Assembly: GCA_014905635.1 (NCBI GenBank)
Contig: JABVCE010000009.1
Span: 310,001 to 374,000, forward strand
Length of the DNA stretch: 64,000 nt
Source: Scenedesmus sp. PABB004
Taxonomy: Eukaryota
Direction: 5' to 3'
Shown: positions 30,301 through 40,998 of the stretch, in pieces
Layout of the letters: every line of letters starts with the position of its first letter
Position numbering within the stretch: the stretch's first letter is position 1
Position numbers and translations under genes: made by a program
The notes under the pieces: model-generated
What the model saw: the letters and a program-made list of their open reading frames with translations, nothing else
Databases searched by the model: none
Told to the model about the DNA's origin: nothing

Positions 30301-31713
30301 CGTGCCCGAGCTCGACGCCAACAGGTGGGCAGCCCGGCGAGCAGTGCCGCTCGTTGTTGTCCGCTCGCGAGCGCCCGCCTGGGCGCGTGCTCACGCGCTC
30401 ACGCGCGCGCCGCCGCCGCGCCCGCGCCCGCGCCAGGGAGGTGCTGCGCCCGCAGCGCCTCTTTGACTACGACTCTGGCGGCGTGCGCAACACCATCTAC
30501 GCCAAGTGGCTGCCCGGCCTCGACGCGCCGCACCCGGGCTTTGAGCCCTGCATTGGCGTGCACTGGCGGGACTTCAAGTTTGTCGGCCTGACCAAAAAGG
30601 TCTACCGCCTGTCCGGCGACAGCCGCGTGGAGCTCGCCTGCAACGAGGTCCCCGGCGCGCAGGGCGCCGCGCTCGGCGCCGCGATGGCGGCGGCCGCGCG
30701 CCGCTGGTGGGCGGGCGTGCTCGCGAGCCCGCACAGCTTCGCCAAGCCGACGTTCCCGCTCGGGCTCGGCGCGTCGCTCGCGACAAATATGCTCGCCGAC
30801 GGCGCGCACGAGCGCACGCCGGGGCGGGTGACCATCTTCCCCAACGGCGTGCGCGGCATGGCGCAGCCGGGGGACCGGCTCTGCTGGCGCGCGCGCGTCG
30901 TGAGCGCGGGCAACTACGGCGTGGTGGTCATGTACACGTCGGACGTCGCCGCGACGTTCAAGCTCTCGCTCGGACCGCACGCCGACATCGCGGCCGGGGC
31001 CGCGCCGGCGCTGTACGCGACGCTGCCGGCGACGGTGCGGCGGCGGCGGCGCGCGCGCGGCCAGGCTAAACGCAGGCGGCGCGGCCGCGCGCCGGCGCCG
31101 GCGCCACCGGCCGCGCCGGCGCCGCGCGCCCCGCCCCCACGCCCGGCCCGCCGCACGCTCACGGCCCGCGCCACCGCCGCGCCGCCTGCCCTGACCCGCG
31201 CAGCGCGTGATGCGGGGCTGGTCGTTCGGCTGGATGGCGCTGCCCGCGACGCCGCCGGGCGGCGCCGCGGAGGCCTGCCTGGAGCTCGTGTCGAGCGTGT
31301 CGCCGGGCCAGCCCGTGTTCACCAACCTCGCCAACCTGCGCTGGACGCGCCGCACGGCCGCCGCGCCAAGTGAGGCGCCGGGCCCGGAGGGCGGCGCCGC
31401 CGCGAGCGCGGGCGGCGGCGCCGCCGCCGGCGCGCCGCGCGGCGCGGCCGGCGGCGTGGCAGCCGCGGCCGGCCCCGCGCGCGACCTCAACATCTCCGCG
31501 CCCGAGCTCGCCTGGCTGCGCGAGCTGCTGCCGCGCCGCCGCGGCGCCGCGGCGGGGGGCGGCGACGCGGGCGCGCCGGCGCCCGAGGACTGGGCGGAGC
31601 TGCGGCGCTCGATGGGCTGGGTGGAGGGGCAGGAGGTGCTGGAGGACATGTATAGCCCATTCCACGCCGAGGACACGATGGAGTGCGCCGAGTGCTGGCC
31701 CGAGCTGGCGTGA
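27320..31713 (+). CDS. Secreted sulfatase (arylsulfatase family) with C-terminal beta-sandwich-like extension
   Basis: Signal peptide [119 protein letters not shown]. Confidence 0.9.
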
Positions 31714-32260
31714 GCGCCCCGGGCGGGCGGGCGGTCTCTCCCGGGGGCGCGGCCGCTGAGCGCGCGGCGCCCGCAGCCGGGCGCCGCGCCGCGGCCGCGC
31801 TCAGAATACTGAGCGTTGACGTAGTCGGATGCTGTTCCACCGCATCCCCTCATGCATGCTTGTCTGTTGTTGAATGTCAAGCAGCGCCGTCCCCTTGCCA
31901 CCTTTCATTGTCTGTCCGCGGGAACAGCACGCAGCGTCACTGTGAGCTCGGTCGCGGACCGGTGGGCGGCGGCACGCCCGGCGGTGAATGTCGCGGGCGC
32001 GCCAGATCGCGGTATGGGATTTCATAATGCTGGGGATCGCTGGGCTGGCAGCGCGCAAAGCCGCGCTGCGTGAGACCCGCCCGCTTGTTCGCTTCCGGCT
32101 GTCGCGCCCGGCCGCCAGCGCCGCCACCCCCGCAGCGGCGCACAAACCGCGCGATCCAGGCGCCCGGGACAGGAACGGCAGGCCGGGCGCCCGTTCGCCT
32201 CCGAGCAGCAGGCCCAACCGCCGCCAGGCGGGCCGCGCTGCTGCCAGGCGCCGCCCCGCG

Positions 32261-33791
32261 ATGCTGCGCCAGGTGTGGGCGAGGTTCGCCGCGGCGCAGC
32301 TCATGGCGGGCCGTCAGGGCAGGCGGGCGCTGTCCCGCGCTGGCGGCAGCGAGCGCGCGCAGACGCAGCACCGCTGCGGCGCGCCGCCCGCCCCGCCCAG
32401 CTCGCCGCCCCACAGGGCGCCCAGAGGCTGCCCGGCCAGGCGCCTGCCGCGGCGCCTGCTGCGGCGGCACCGCGGCGGCCTGCTCCGCCGCTTCGGCGCC
32501 GCCCGACGACCCTCGCCACGCGGCAGCGCAGCGGCGCGGCCAGCAGCGGCCGCGCCGCGCGGGCGCCGCCGCCGGCCGGGGTGCCGCCGCCGAGCGACGT
32601 GCAGGCGACGGTCATGCTGGTGCCCAAGCAGAAGGGCACCGCGCTCGCGCGCCGCGACGCCGCGCCGGCGCAAGGTGTCAACTCGTTCTTCGTGAAGTGC
32701 AAGCTCGCGTGGAACCTCTTCTTCCCGCCGCAGCAGGCCGAGGCGGCCGCGCCGCCCAACCTCAGCCCCAAGGAGCTGGGCAAGCAGCGGCTGCAGATGA
32801 TCCTCGTCGCCGACCGCTGCGGCCTGAGCGCCAACAGCCTCGTGGACATGCAGCGCAACACGCTCGCCGCGCTCGCCGACACCATGGACCTGGAGGACCT
32901 CGCGGTGCGCTGCGCGCGCCGCGCACACCGCGCCGCGGTGCGAGCTGCGTGCTGGGGGCGCCCCCGCCCCGCCTGACGCGGCCGCCGCCGCTGGCGCGCA
33001 GGACGCTCAGCTGCGGTTCACGATGACGCGGGAGAGCGGCACCACTTACAGCCTAGCAGTTCCGATACTGAGGGATGGCGTCCAGCACGGGCCCTATACC
33101 GACGCCGGCGACGTGCAGGGCCAGGCGGGCCAGGCCGACAGCGGCGACCGCGCGCGCAAAATGGGCGCGATGGTTGCGGCTGCGGTGGCGGCGACGGGCG
33201 GCGGGTTGGACGCCTTCCCCGGCGAGCCCCCGGGGGAGCCGGCGCCGCGCCGCGACGGCGCGGGGCTGGAGGACGTGGCGGCGGCGGAGCTGGACGCCTG
33301 GGTGGAGGGCGGCAGCTGGGACGGCGAGCGGGCGGGGGAGGGCGCGGAGGCGTTTGAGGAGGAGGCATTTGAGGAGGAGGAGCCGCTGGACGTTGCGTAT
33401 GAGGTCACGGGCGGCGAGCCGGGCGCCTGGGCGGCCGCGGCGGACGAGGAGGAGCTGCGGGCGGAGCTCAAGGCGGCGCTGGTCGAGGTGCGCGCGGCGG
33501 CCGGCGCACGGCGCGCGGCTGCGCCGCCTGCGCAGCTCAGCAGGCGCGCGGCGCTGGGCCTGGTGCGGCAGCGGAGCTCACGCCAGGCGCCGCTCGCGGC
33601 CCTGCCCGCGCACGCAGGAGCTGGCGCAGGACATGCAGGCGGCGCGCCCCGTGGCGGCGGCGCAGGAGGGTGCCGCCGGCCTGGACGAGGCGGGCCTGCG
33701 CGAGGCCGCGGCGCACGAGCTGGAGCGGCTGGTTGGGACGGGCAGCCAGGGCCTGCCGTGCGGCTGGGGCCCGGCGCAGACGCCCGAGTAG
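32261..33791 (+). CDS. MINE: Plastid division topological specificity factor MinE (nuclear-encoded, transit peptide) with acidic C-terminal extension
   Basis: FFVKCKLAWNLFFP and KELGKQRLQMILVADRC match the plant/algal MinE pattern; SGTTYSLAVPILR; exons about 32261-32272, 32416-32904, 33002-33487, 33618-33791. Confidence 0.8.
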
Positions 33792-34026
33792 CGCGTGGCC
33801 AGGCGGCCGGGCGGGCGGCGTGGCGAAGTTTGGCAGGCGGGCGGGCAGTTGCGCTGGGCGGCGGCGAGCTGCAGCTCGCCAGCTGGCGTGCGGGGCTCGC
33901 GAGGCTTGTGGCGCGCGCCGGACCGCGCGTGCGGTGATCGGACGAGTCGTGCGGCGGGGGCGGCGCTGGGCGGCACCCCGTGCTGGGCCGCATTATTTCC
34001 ACAGGAGACCCCCTCCCCTCCCCCGC

Positions 34027-36124
34027 TCACGCGCTCGGCGCTCCCGGCGCGCGCGGCTGCTGCTGGGTGATGCAGTGGATGTTGCCGCCGCCCAGCACGA
34101 TCTCCCGCGTCTGCACCGCCACGACGCGCCGCCCTGGGAACGCGCGCGCGAGCACGGCCGCGGCCGCGTCGTCGGCCGCGGGCTCGCCAAACGCGGGCAT
34201 CACCACGCCGCCGTTGGCGACGTAAAAGTTGACGTACGACGCCGCGAGGCGCTCGCCGGCATGCCGGTGCTTGCGGCCCTCCGCGTCCTGGCGCGGCGCG
34301 CGGGCGTGCGGGGCGGGGCGTCGGCGGCGCAGCGCGGCGGCGGCGGCTGGGGCCCAGCGCGCGACGTGCGCACCAGCGTCTCCCACTCCTCTTGCGTCCG
34401 GTGCAGCGGCGGCGGGCAGGGCAGCTTGATGACCTGCGCGCGCGGGCGAGGCCGTGAGCGGGCGGCGGCGGGGTCGGCACGCGCGCGCCGGCAACGCCGC
34501 GGTACGCGCCCGGCCGCGCGCGCAGACCTGCAGCTTCCGCCCGCGCGCGTCCGTCTCGCCCTCCAGCAGCGCGAGCGCCTCGGCGCTGATCGCGGTCTGC
34601 GGGTCGTCCGGGTCGTCCGCCCAAGCGAGCAGCACGACGCCGGGGGCGGCAAAGCAGGCAAAGTTGTCGACGTGGCCGTTGGTGTCCTCGTCGCCGTACA
34701 GGCCCCTGCGCGCGTCGCACGCGGCGCCACGCTCTCTCATCGCGCTCAGTGAGCGGCCGCCGCCGCGATGCTGGCGCCGCCGCTGCCGCCGCCCGCCGCC
34801 GCCGCCGGCGCCGGGCGCCCGCGCGCGCCGCGCCTGGGCAGCCAGATGACCTTGGTGGCGCCGGTGTAGCGCCGCAGCCGCGCCTCGATCTCAGGCTTGG
34901 TCAGCCCCGGGTTGCGGTTGGGGTGCAGCAGGCACTCCTCCGTCGTCAGCAGCGTGCTGCGCCCCAGCGGCGGCGGCGGCTCGCGCTCCGCGCCCGTCGC
35001 CGGCGCGGCGGCGGGCCCCGCCCCCACGCCCGCCGCGCCCGCCGCCCAGCCGCGCGGCGCCCGCGCCCGCACCCTTCGCCGTCCACGTGGATGGAGCCGC
35101 CCTCGAGCACAAAGTCGGTGCTCACGTACGGCAGGCGCAGGCTCTCGCACACCTTGGCCGCGACCTGCCGCCGCGGGCTGTGTCAGGCGCGGCGCCGCCG
35201 CGCAGCCGGCGGCGCGGGGCGCAGCGGCGCCAGAGGCCGGGCGCCGACCGCGCGCGCGCGCGTGAACGCGCAATCGCGCTGCCGCCGGCGCCGCACCAGC
35301 TTGTCCTGCTCGTACGTGCCGTAGAGGTCGCCCCAGCCGTTGAACTGCCAGTCCATGCCCACCAGCGTCCTGCGGGCAGGGCCGCCGCGGCGGCGGCGCG
35401 GCCGAGGTCGGTCACGAGGGAGGAGGGCGCGCGCGCGCGCGCGGGCGGCCGGCGGTGGGGGCGGCGGCGGCGGCGCACCTGATGGCCGGCTTGGGGCAGG
35501 ATGAGATGGTGGCCTCAACAAACTGCGGGCGCGCGCGGCGGCGGCCGGCGCTCGGGCCAGGCGGCTGGTCGCTGCCGCCGCGCGCGCGGGAGCCCCAGAG
35601 GTGCGCGCCCCTGGCGCCGCCGCCGCACCGTCGGCGCGGTGTCGCGCAGCCAGGAGTCGTCGATGGTCATCTCCACCACGCGCACGCTGTCGGGCAGCGC
35701 GGCGCGCGCCTCGAGCCACTGCGGCGGCGACGGTGCCTCGCGCGCGGTCGCCGCACTGGCTTGCGCGCCGCGCTGGTGCGCCCCCGCTGCTGCTGCTGCT
35801 GCGCGCGCGCGCCTGCTCCGCATGCGCGACAACGGTGACAGGCTCAAACGCGGCGATGGCGAGGATGACGTCTGTGTAGGCGGCGCGCGCGGGGCCGCGG
35901 TCGCTGCGCCACACGTCGGTCCGCCGCGGCCACGCGACCCAGCAGCCGTCGTGCGGGCCGAACTCGGCGGGCATGGAGAAGGCCACGTCCGAGCCGGGCA
36001 GCTCCAGGCAGCGCCCGCCCGGCAGTGTGACCGCCGCCGCGCCGGCGGCGCCGCCCGCCGCCCAGCGCAGCGCCTGCGTCGACAGCAGCCGCACGGCGCC
36101 GCCGGCGCCCTGTGTGACCAGCAT
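34027..36124 (-). CDS. AIH: Agmatine deiminase (agmatine iminohydrolase)
   Basis: [90 protein letters not shown]. Confidence 0.95.
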
Positions 36125-36538
36125 GCCTGCCGAGCTGGTGGGCGGGCCCGCGTGGGCTGTGGGGGCCTGGCGCGGCGCGGGGGCGGCGCAGCAGCAGCGG
36201 CAAGTGGTTGCGGCGGTTGCAGCGGCGCGGGCTGCGGTCGCGGCGGCGCGCTGGTGTGCGGGTGAGGGTTGTGGGTGGCCGGAGCGAGTGTTGGTGGCGT
36301 GTGGCGAGTCAGGGAGAGCTCAGGGCGCGCGCTGAGCCCTGGTCCGGTGGTGTGACGTTGCTTGCGAGCCGCCGCAAGGCCCACGCAGGCCCGCCGCGCC
36401 CTCCACCAGTCTTTGCACGCGACCGTGAACGAGCAGGAAACGCTTGACCGGCCACGCACGCCTGCAGCGGCAGCAGCGGCGGCGCCAGCGGCGCGTGGCC
36501 GGCGGCGTCCGGCGGCGGCAGCGGCGGCCGCAGGCCGC

Positions 36539-38766
36539 ATGCTGGGCCAATGGCCGACCCACTGCAGCAGCTGCCGGCGGGCGACAGCCGCCGGCGCCGG
36601 CTCCTGCGCGCAGCGGCGCCCGCGCGGCCGGCGGCGGCGGGCGGCTCGAGCGGCGGCACGCGCGCAGGGCGGCGGCGGCAGCAGCAGCGGCAGTGGCAGC
36701 AGCAGCGGCGGCGCCGGCATCGAGCGGCGGCGCCTCGGCCGCACCGACCTGCACGTGCCGGCGGTCTGCTTCGGTGCGGCACGCGGCGCGCCGCCGCCAC
36801 CGGCCGCGCGCGGCGCCGCCTCCGCAGCGCTGCCACCCCCGCGCGTGCACACACACACACACACGCGCGCAGGGACGATGCTCTTCGGCGAGTCGCAGGA
36901 CTACGCGGCCGCGGCGCGCCTGCTGAGCGTGGCGGCCGAGGCCGGCGCGGCCTTCTTTGACAGTGCCGAGATGTACCCCGTCCCGCAGCGCGCACAGACG
37001 CAGGGCCGCAGCGAGGAGTTCCTCGGGCGCTGGCTCCGGGGCCGGCCCCGGTGCGCGTGCTGCGGCGCCACGCCACCCGTCGCCGTGCCGGCGCCGCGCT
37101 GCGCCACCTGCGCCCGCGCCGCCGCCTCGCGCCACCCACCCGCCAGCGCCCCGCCCGCGCCGCAGCGAGAGCGTCGTCGTCGCGACCAAGGTCGCGGGCC
37201 CGTCGGCGCAGATGACCTGGCTGCGTGGCGGCCCGGCCGCGCTCGACGCGGCCAACATCGCCGCCGCGCTGGACGGCAGCCTGTCGCGGCTGGGCACCGA
37301 CCACGTGGACATCTTCCAGCTGCACTGGCCAGACCGGTGCGCCACGCCGCGCCGCGCGGCGACGCGGCCGCGCGGCTGCGCTCGGCCTGCCGCCCTCTGA
37401 GCGGCGCCACACGCTGCTCGCCGCGCGCCGCCCTGCCGGCGCCGGCCCCGGTCCCTGACGCGCCGCCGCCGCGTCAGGTATGTGCCGATGTTTGGCGACG
37501 TGGATTACGACCCCGCCGCGGCGTACCAGGCAGGCCGCCGCGCGCCTGCCGGGCGCGGGCGCAGCGCGGCGCTCGCGGCGCCGCACGCGGGCGGGCGGCG
37601 GGCGCGGCGCGCCGCTCCCTCAGCGCCTGCGCGCGCCGCGCCGGCAGGCGGTGCCGCTGGAGGAGCAGCTGGAGGCGCTCGGCCGCGCCGTCGCGGCGGG
37701 CAAGGTGCGGCACGTGGGGCTCAGCAACGAGACGCCCTGGGGAGTAATGAGGGCAGTCACAGCTGGTGTGGCGCGGCGGCGCGGCACGGCGGCTGCTCCT
37801 GCGGGGCTGGCCGCTGCCGCCGGCCCTGCCGCTCACTCACTGCGCCGCGCCGCGCCGCGCCGCAGCGGACCAGGCCGGCCCGGCGCTGCCGCGCGTGGCA
37901 TGCGTGCAAAACGCCTACAGGCGCGCGGCCGCGCGGCGCGGCGCGGCCGGCCCGCGCGCCGCGCGCGCTCACCGCGCCCGCGCGGCGCCGCCACTGCGCC
38001 GCCACTGCGCTGCGCGCAGCCTCACCTGCCGCACCTTTGACGCGGGGCTCGCCGAGGTGTGCCACGTCGAGGGCGTGTCGCTCCTGGCATACAGCCCGCT
38101 CGCTATGGGCCTGCTGACGGTGCGCGAGGCCCTGGCGCGCGCGCGCATGCGCGCAAACGCTGCGACCACGCGGCGGCCGCCGTGCGCGCGCGCGTGCCGG
38201 CCCCGCCCCGCTCCGACTGCCCGGCGCCTGCCGCCCTGCCCCGCCCGCCGCCCGCCGCCCAGGGCAAGTACCTGGCGCCCGGCGGCGGCCCGCCGGGCGC
38301 GCGGCTGAATCGCTACCGCGGGCGATATGCCGAGGCGGAGAGCCGCTACGGCCCCAGGCCCAACGTCACGTCCGCAGTCGCGGCGTACGTGGACCTCGCC
38401 GCGGGCGCGGGCCTCACGCCCGCCGCGATGGCGCTGCGGTGCGCGGCGCTGCGGGGGAGGGCGGCGCACGGGGGAGTGCGGCGCACGGGGGAGTGCGGCG
38501 CACGGGGGAGTGCCCGGCAGCGCGCGCGCCAACGAGGCCGGGGGCAGCCAACGACGCGGGGCTGACCCTGCGGGCCCGGGCCGCCTCCGCGCGCGCGCAG
38601 GTTTGTGCTCGGCCGTCCGCTCGTCGCGGCGGCGGTCGTGGGCGCGAGCTGCGAGGCGCAGCTGCGGGAGCTGCTGGACGCCGCGGCTGCGGGGCCGCTG
38701 CGCGACGAGGCGCTGCTGGCGGCGATTGACGCCGTGCACGCGCGCTTCCCCTCGCCGACGCCCTGA
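36539..38766 (+). CDS. Aldo/keto reductase, Tas-like
   Basis: RRLGRTDLHVPAVCFG|TMLFGE; FFDSAEMYPVP; VATKVAGP; SLSRLGTDHVDIFQLHWPDR; GKVRHVGLSNETPWG; LLAYSPLAMGLLT|GKY. Confidence 0.92.
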
Positions 38767-38979
38767 CGCGCGCGTGGCGCGCGCGCTGTGTGAAGCTCGC
38801 GTTGCCTGCGCGCGCAGCCGCGCGCGTGCAACCCGAGTCGCGAGCGCCTCTCGGCGTCGCCGTCCCGCGCGCGCGCGCGTCGACCGTGCTGCCCGCGGCG
38901 CGTTGCAGCGCCGCCGCTGCAGCAGCCACCGCCACTCTCCAGCACGCGCGCGCAGGCGCGCTGTGACGAGCTCTGCCTG

Positions 38980-40503
38980 TCAGGCCGCCGTGGGCGGCGG
39001 CGAGCCCTCGGCCGCGCACATGTGCTCCTCCACGGCGGTGAGGTGCGGCTCCCACGCATCGATGTGCTGGAACGCGCCCGAGCCGGCAAACTCTGCGAAC
39101 GAGCCGCCCGGCAGCGCCGCCGCGAGCGCGCGTGCGCTGGCGGGCGAGACCTCGTCGAACTCGCCGCGGCTGACCAGCACCGGCAGCGCCGCCAGGCCGC
39201 CGCCGCCGCCGCCGGCGAGCAGCGCCGCCGCGTCCCAGCCCGCGAGCGCGCCGGCCGCGTCAAAGTAGCGCCCGCCGGCGAGCGCGCGGAAGAGCGCTGG
39301 CGAGCGCCGCGCGAGCGCGCCGCGCGCGCAGCCGGGCGGCGACGCGGCGGTCGCGGGGCCGAAGCGGCACACGCGCGCCCTGTTGTATGCGGCCCACGCC
39401 GCCGCGGCCTCGGGGGACAGCCCCGCGCCGCCGCCCAGCCCCGCGCCGCCGAGCGCGCCCGCCGCGTCGGCCTCCAGCAGCGCGGCCGCGCCGCCGGGCG
39501 GCAGCGCCGCCGCGAGCGCGGCGCGCCGGTCGGCCGCGAGCGCGGCGGACGACGGCGGCGTCGACGCGGCGGTCACGCTGACCACGCCGCCCGCGCGCGC
39601 CGCGTAGCTCAGCGCCAGCACGCCGCCCGCGCCCTGGCCGTACAGGTGCACGCGCTCCAGGCCGAGCCGCTCCCGCAGCGCGTCGAGCTGCGTGGCCAGC
39701 GCCGCGGGCGTGAGGTCCGCGTCTGGCGGCGCCGCGCCGCCGCTCGCGAGCAGCGTGTTGCCGCACCCCAGCTGCGCCGCGGCGGGCGGGCGGGCGCGGC
39801 GGGCGCGGCGGGCGGGAGCAGGCGGTCGCAGGGGGCCCTCCCCCTGGGCTCGCGCCCGCCCCGGCCAGCGCTGCCGCGCTGCGCCGCGCTGCGCCGCGCT
39901 GCGCCGCCGCGCCTGGTCATAGAACACGACCGTCCGGCCCACGCCCGCCACGAGCTCGACGCTCTCCAGGTAGCCCGCTGGCAGCCCCGGCCCGCCCGGC
40001 AGCACGAGCAGCGGCAGCTTGCCCGGCGCGACGGTGCCGTACTTGTCGGCGCCCGGCAGCGCGCCGAGCAGGCCGCGCCTCGGCGGCGCCTGGTTGACGG
40101 CGCGGTACCATGTGCGCCCGCCCGCAAATTCAAACACGTCCTCCTGCAAAGCCAACCCCCGGCGCGGCGCGCGCGGGGGCGGGCGGGCGCGTCGGCGGCG
40201 CGACGCCGCGGCGCCGCGGCGCACGCCCGCGCCGCGCGCGCCGCGCACCTGCCATGGCGTCGCGAACGCCCAGGCGGGCGGCCGGTCGACGACGGCGCAG
40301 AAGGGCTTCGGCGGCGGCGGCGCGGCCGCTGCTGCGGGGCGCGCCGCAGCAAGGCCGAGCGCCGCGCCGCCGCCCGCGAGCAGTGCCTCTCGCCGCGTCG
40401 CCGCGGCGGCCACGCAGCAGCGCGCCGGTCGTCGGTGCGGCTCGAGCTGCTGCTCTCGCGGACACGCGCCGCCCCTGCTGGGCGCCGCCTGCAGCGCCGC
40501 CAT
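38980..40503 (-). CDS. Proline-iminopeptidase-like alpha/beta hydrolase with transit peptide plus twin-arginine signal; apparently catalytically degenerate
   Basis: TRREALLAGGGAALGLAAARPAAAA; PLLVLPGGPGLP; VVFYDQ|LGCG; LGLERVHLYGQGAGG; PVLVSRGEFDEV. Confidence 0.8.
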   Translation of the reverse strand: MAALQAAPSRGGACPREQQLEPHRRPARCCVAAAATRREALLAGGGAALGLAAARPAAAAAPPPPKPFCAVVDRPPAWAFATPWQVRGARGAGVRRGAAASRRRRARPPPRAPRRGLALQEDVFEFAGGRTWYRAVNQAPPRRGLLGALPGADKYGTVAPGKLPLLVLPGGPGLPAGYLESVELVAGVGRTVVFYDQARRRSAAQRGAARQRWPGRARAQGEGPLRPPAPARRARRARPPAAAQLGCGNTLLASGGAAPPDADLTPAALATQLDALRERLGLERVHLYGQGAGGVLALSYAARAGGVVSVTAASTPPSSAALAADRRAALAAALPPGGAAALLEADAAGALGGAGLGGGAGLSPEAAAAWAAYNRARVCRFGPATAASPPGCARGALARRSPALFRALAGGRYFDAAGALAGWDAAALLAGGGGGGLAALPVLVSRGEFDEVSPASARALAAALPGGSFAEFAGSGAFQHIDAWEPHLTAVEEHMCAAEGSPPPTAA

Positions 40504-40998
40504 GGTGGGCGCGCGATCGGTGGCGGCGCGTGACGCTGCTGCCGCCGCTGCCGCCGGCGCGTGCGTGCGTGCAAGGCGCGGGCCGGCACTGGGCGCGTAT
40601 GGTTGGCCTGCCCGTGGTCGGGGCTGGGCGTGCTCCCGCGGGGCTTGGGGGCTCGCTGAGACGCGCCGGCCGGCCGACTGCCCGCGGATGCTCGCGCCCC
40701 GTTCTCGCTGGCGCCCGCCGGCCGCCACACGCGCTCACGGCGCACACAGATCACGCGCGCCCACCGTGCACAGCGAGCAGCCCCACACGCAGCCGTGCCC
40801 CGCGCGCCGGCAGCAGCAGCAGCAGCCGCAGCCGTCGCGCCGTCGCCGCCGCCGCCGTGTGCGCCGCCGCCCATGGGCGGCCGCGCGTGAGGCCCGCAGC
40901 CGCCCTCCCAGCCCTGGCAGCGCCGCAGGCGCACCCCGCCGCCGCCCCCGGCAGCTAGCGCGCAGCGGCCGCCGCGGCGCGGCGCGGCAGCGGCAGCC

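Noticed and set aside
31798..31815. Hairpin CGCTCAG-AATA-CTGAGCG after the sulfatase as a terminator
   Set aside because: A 7-bp stem with no U-tract in a eukaryotic gene; plausible by chance
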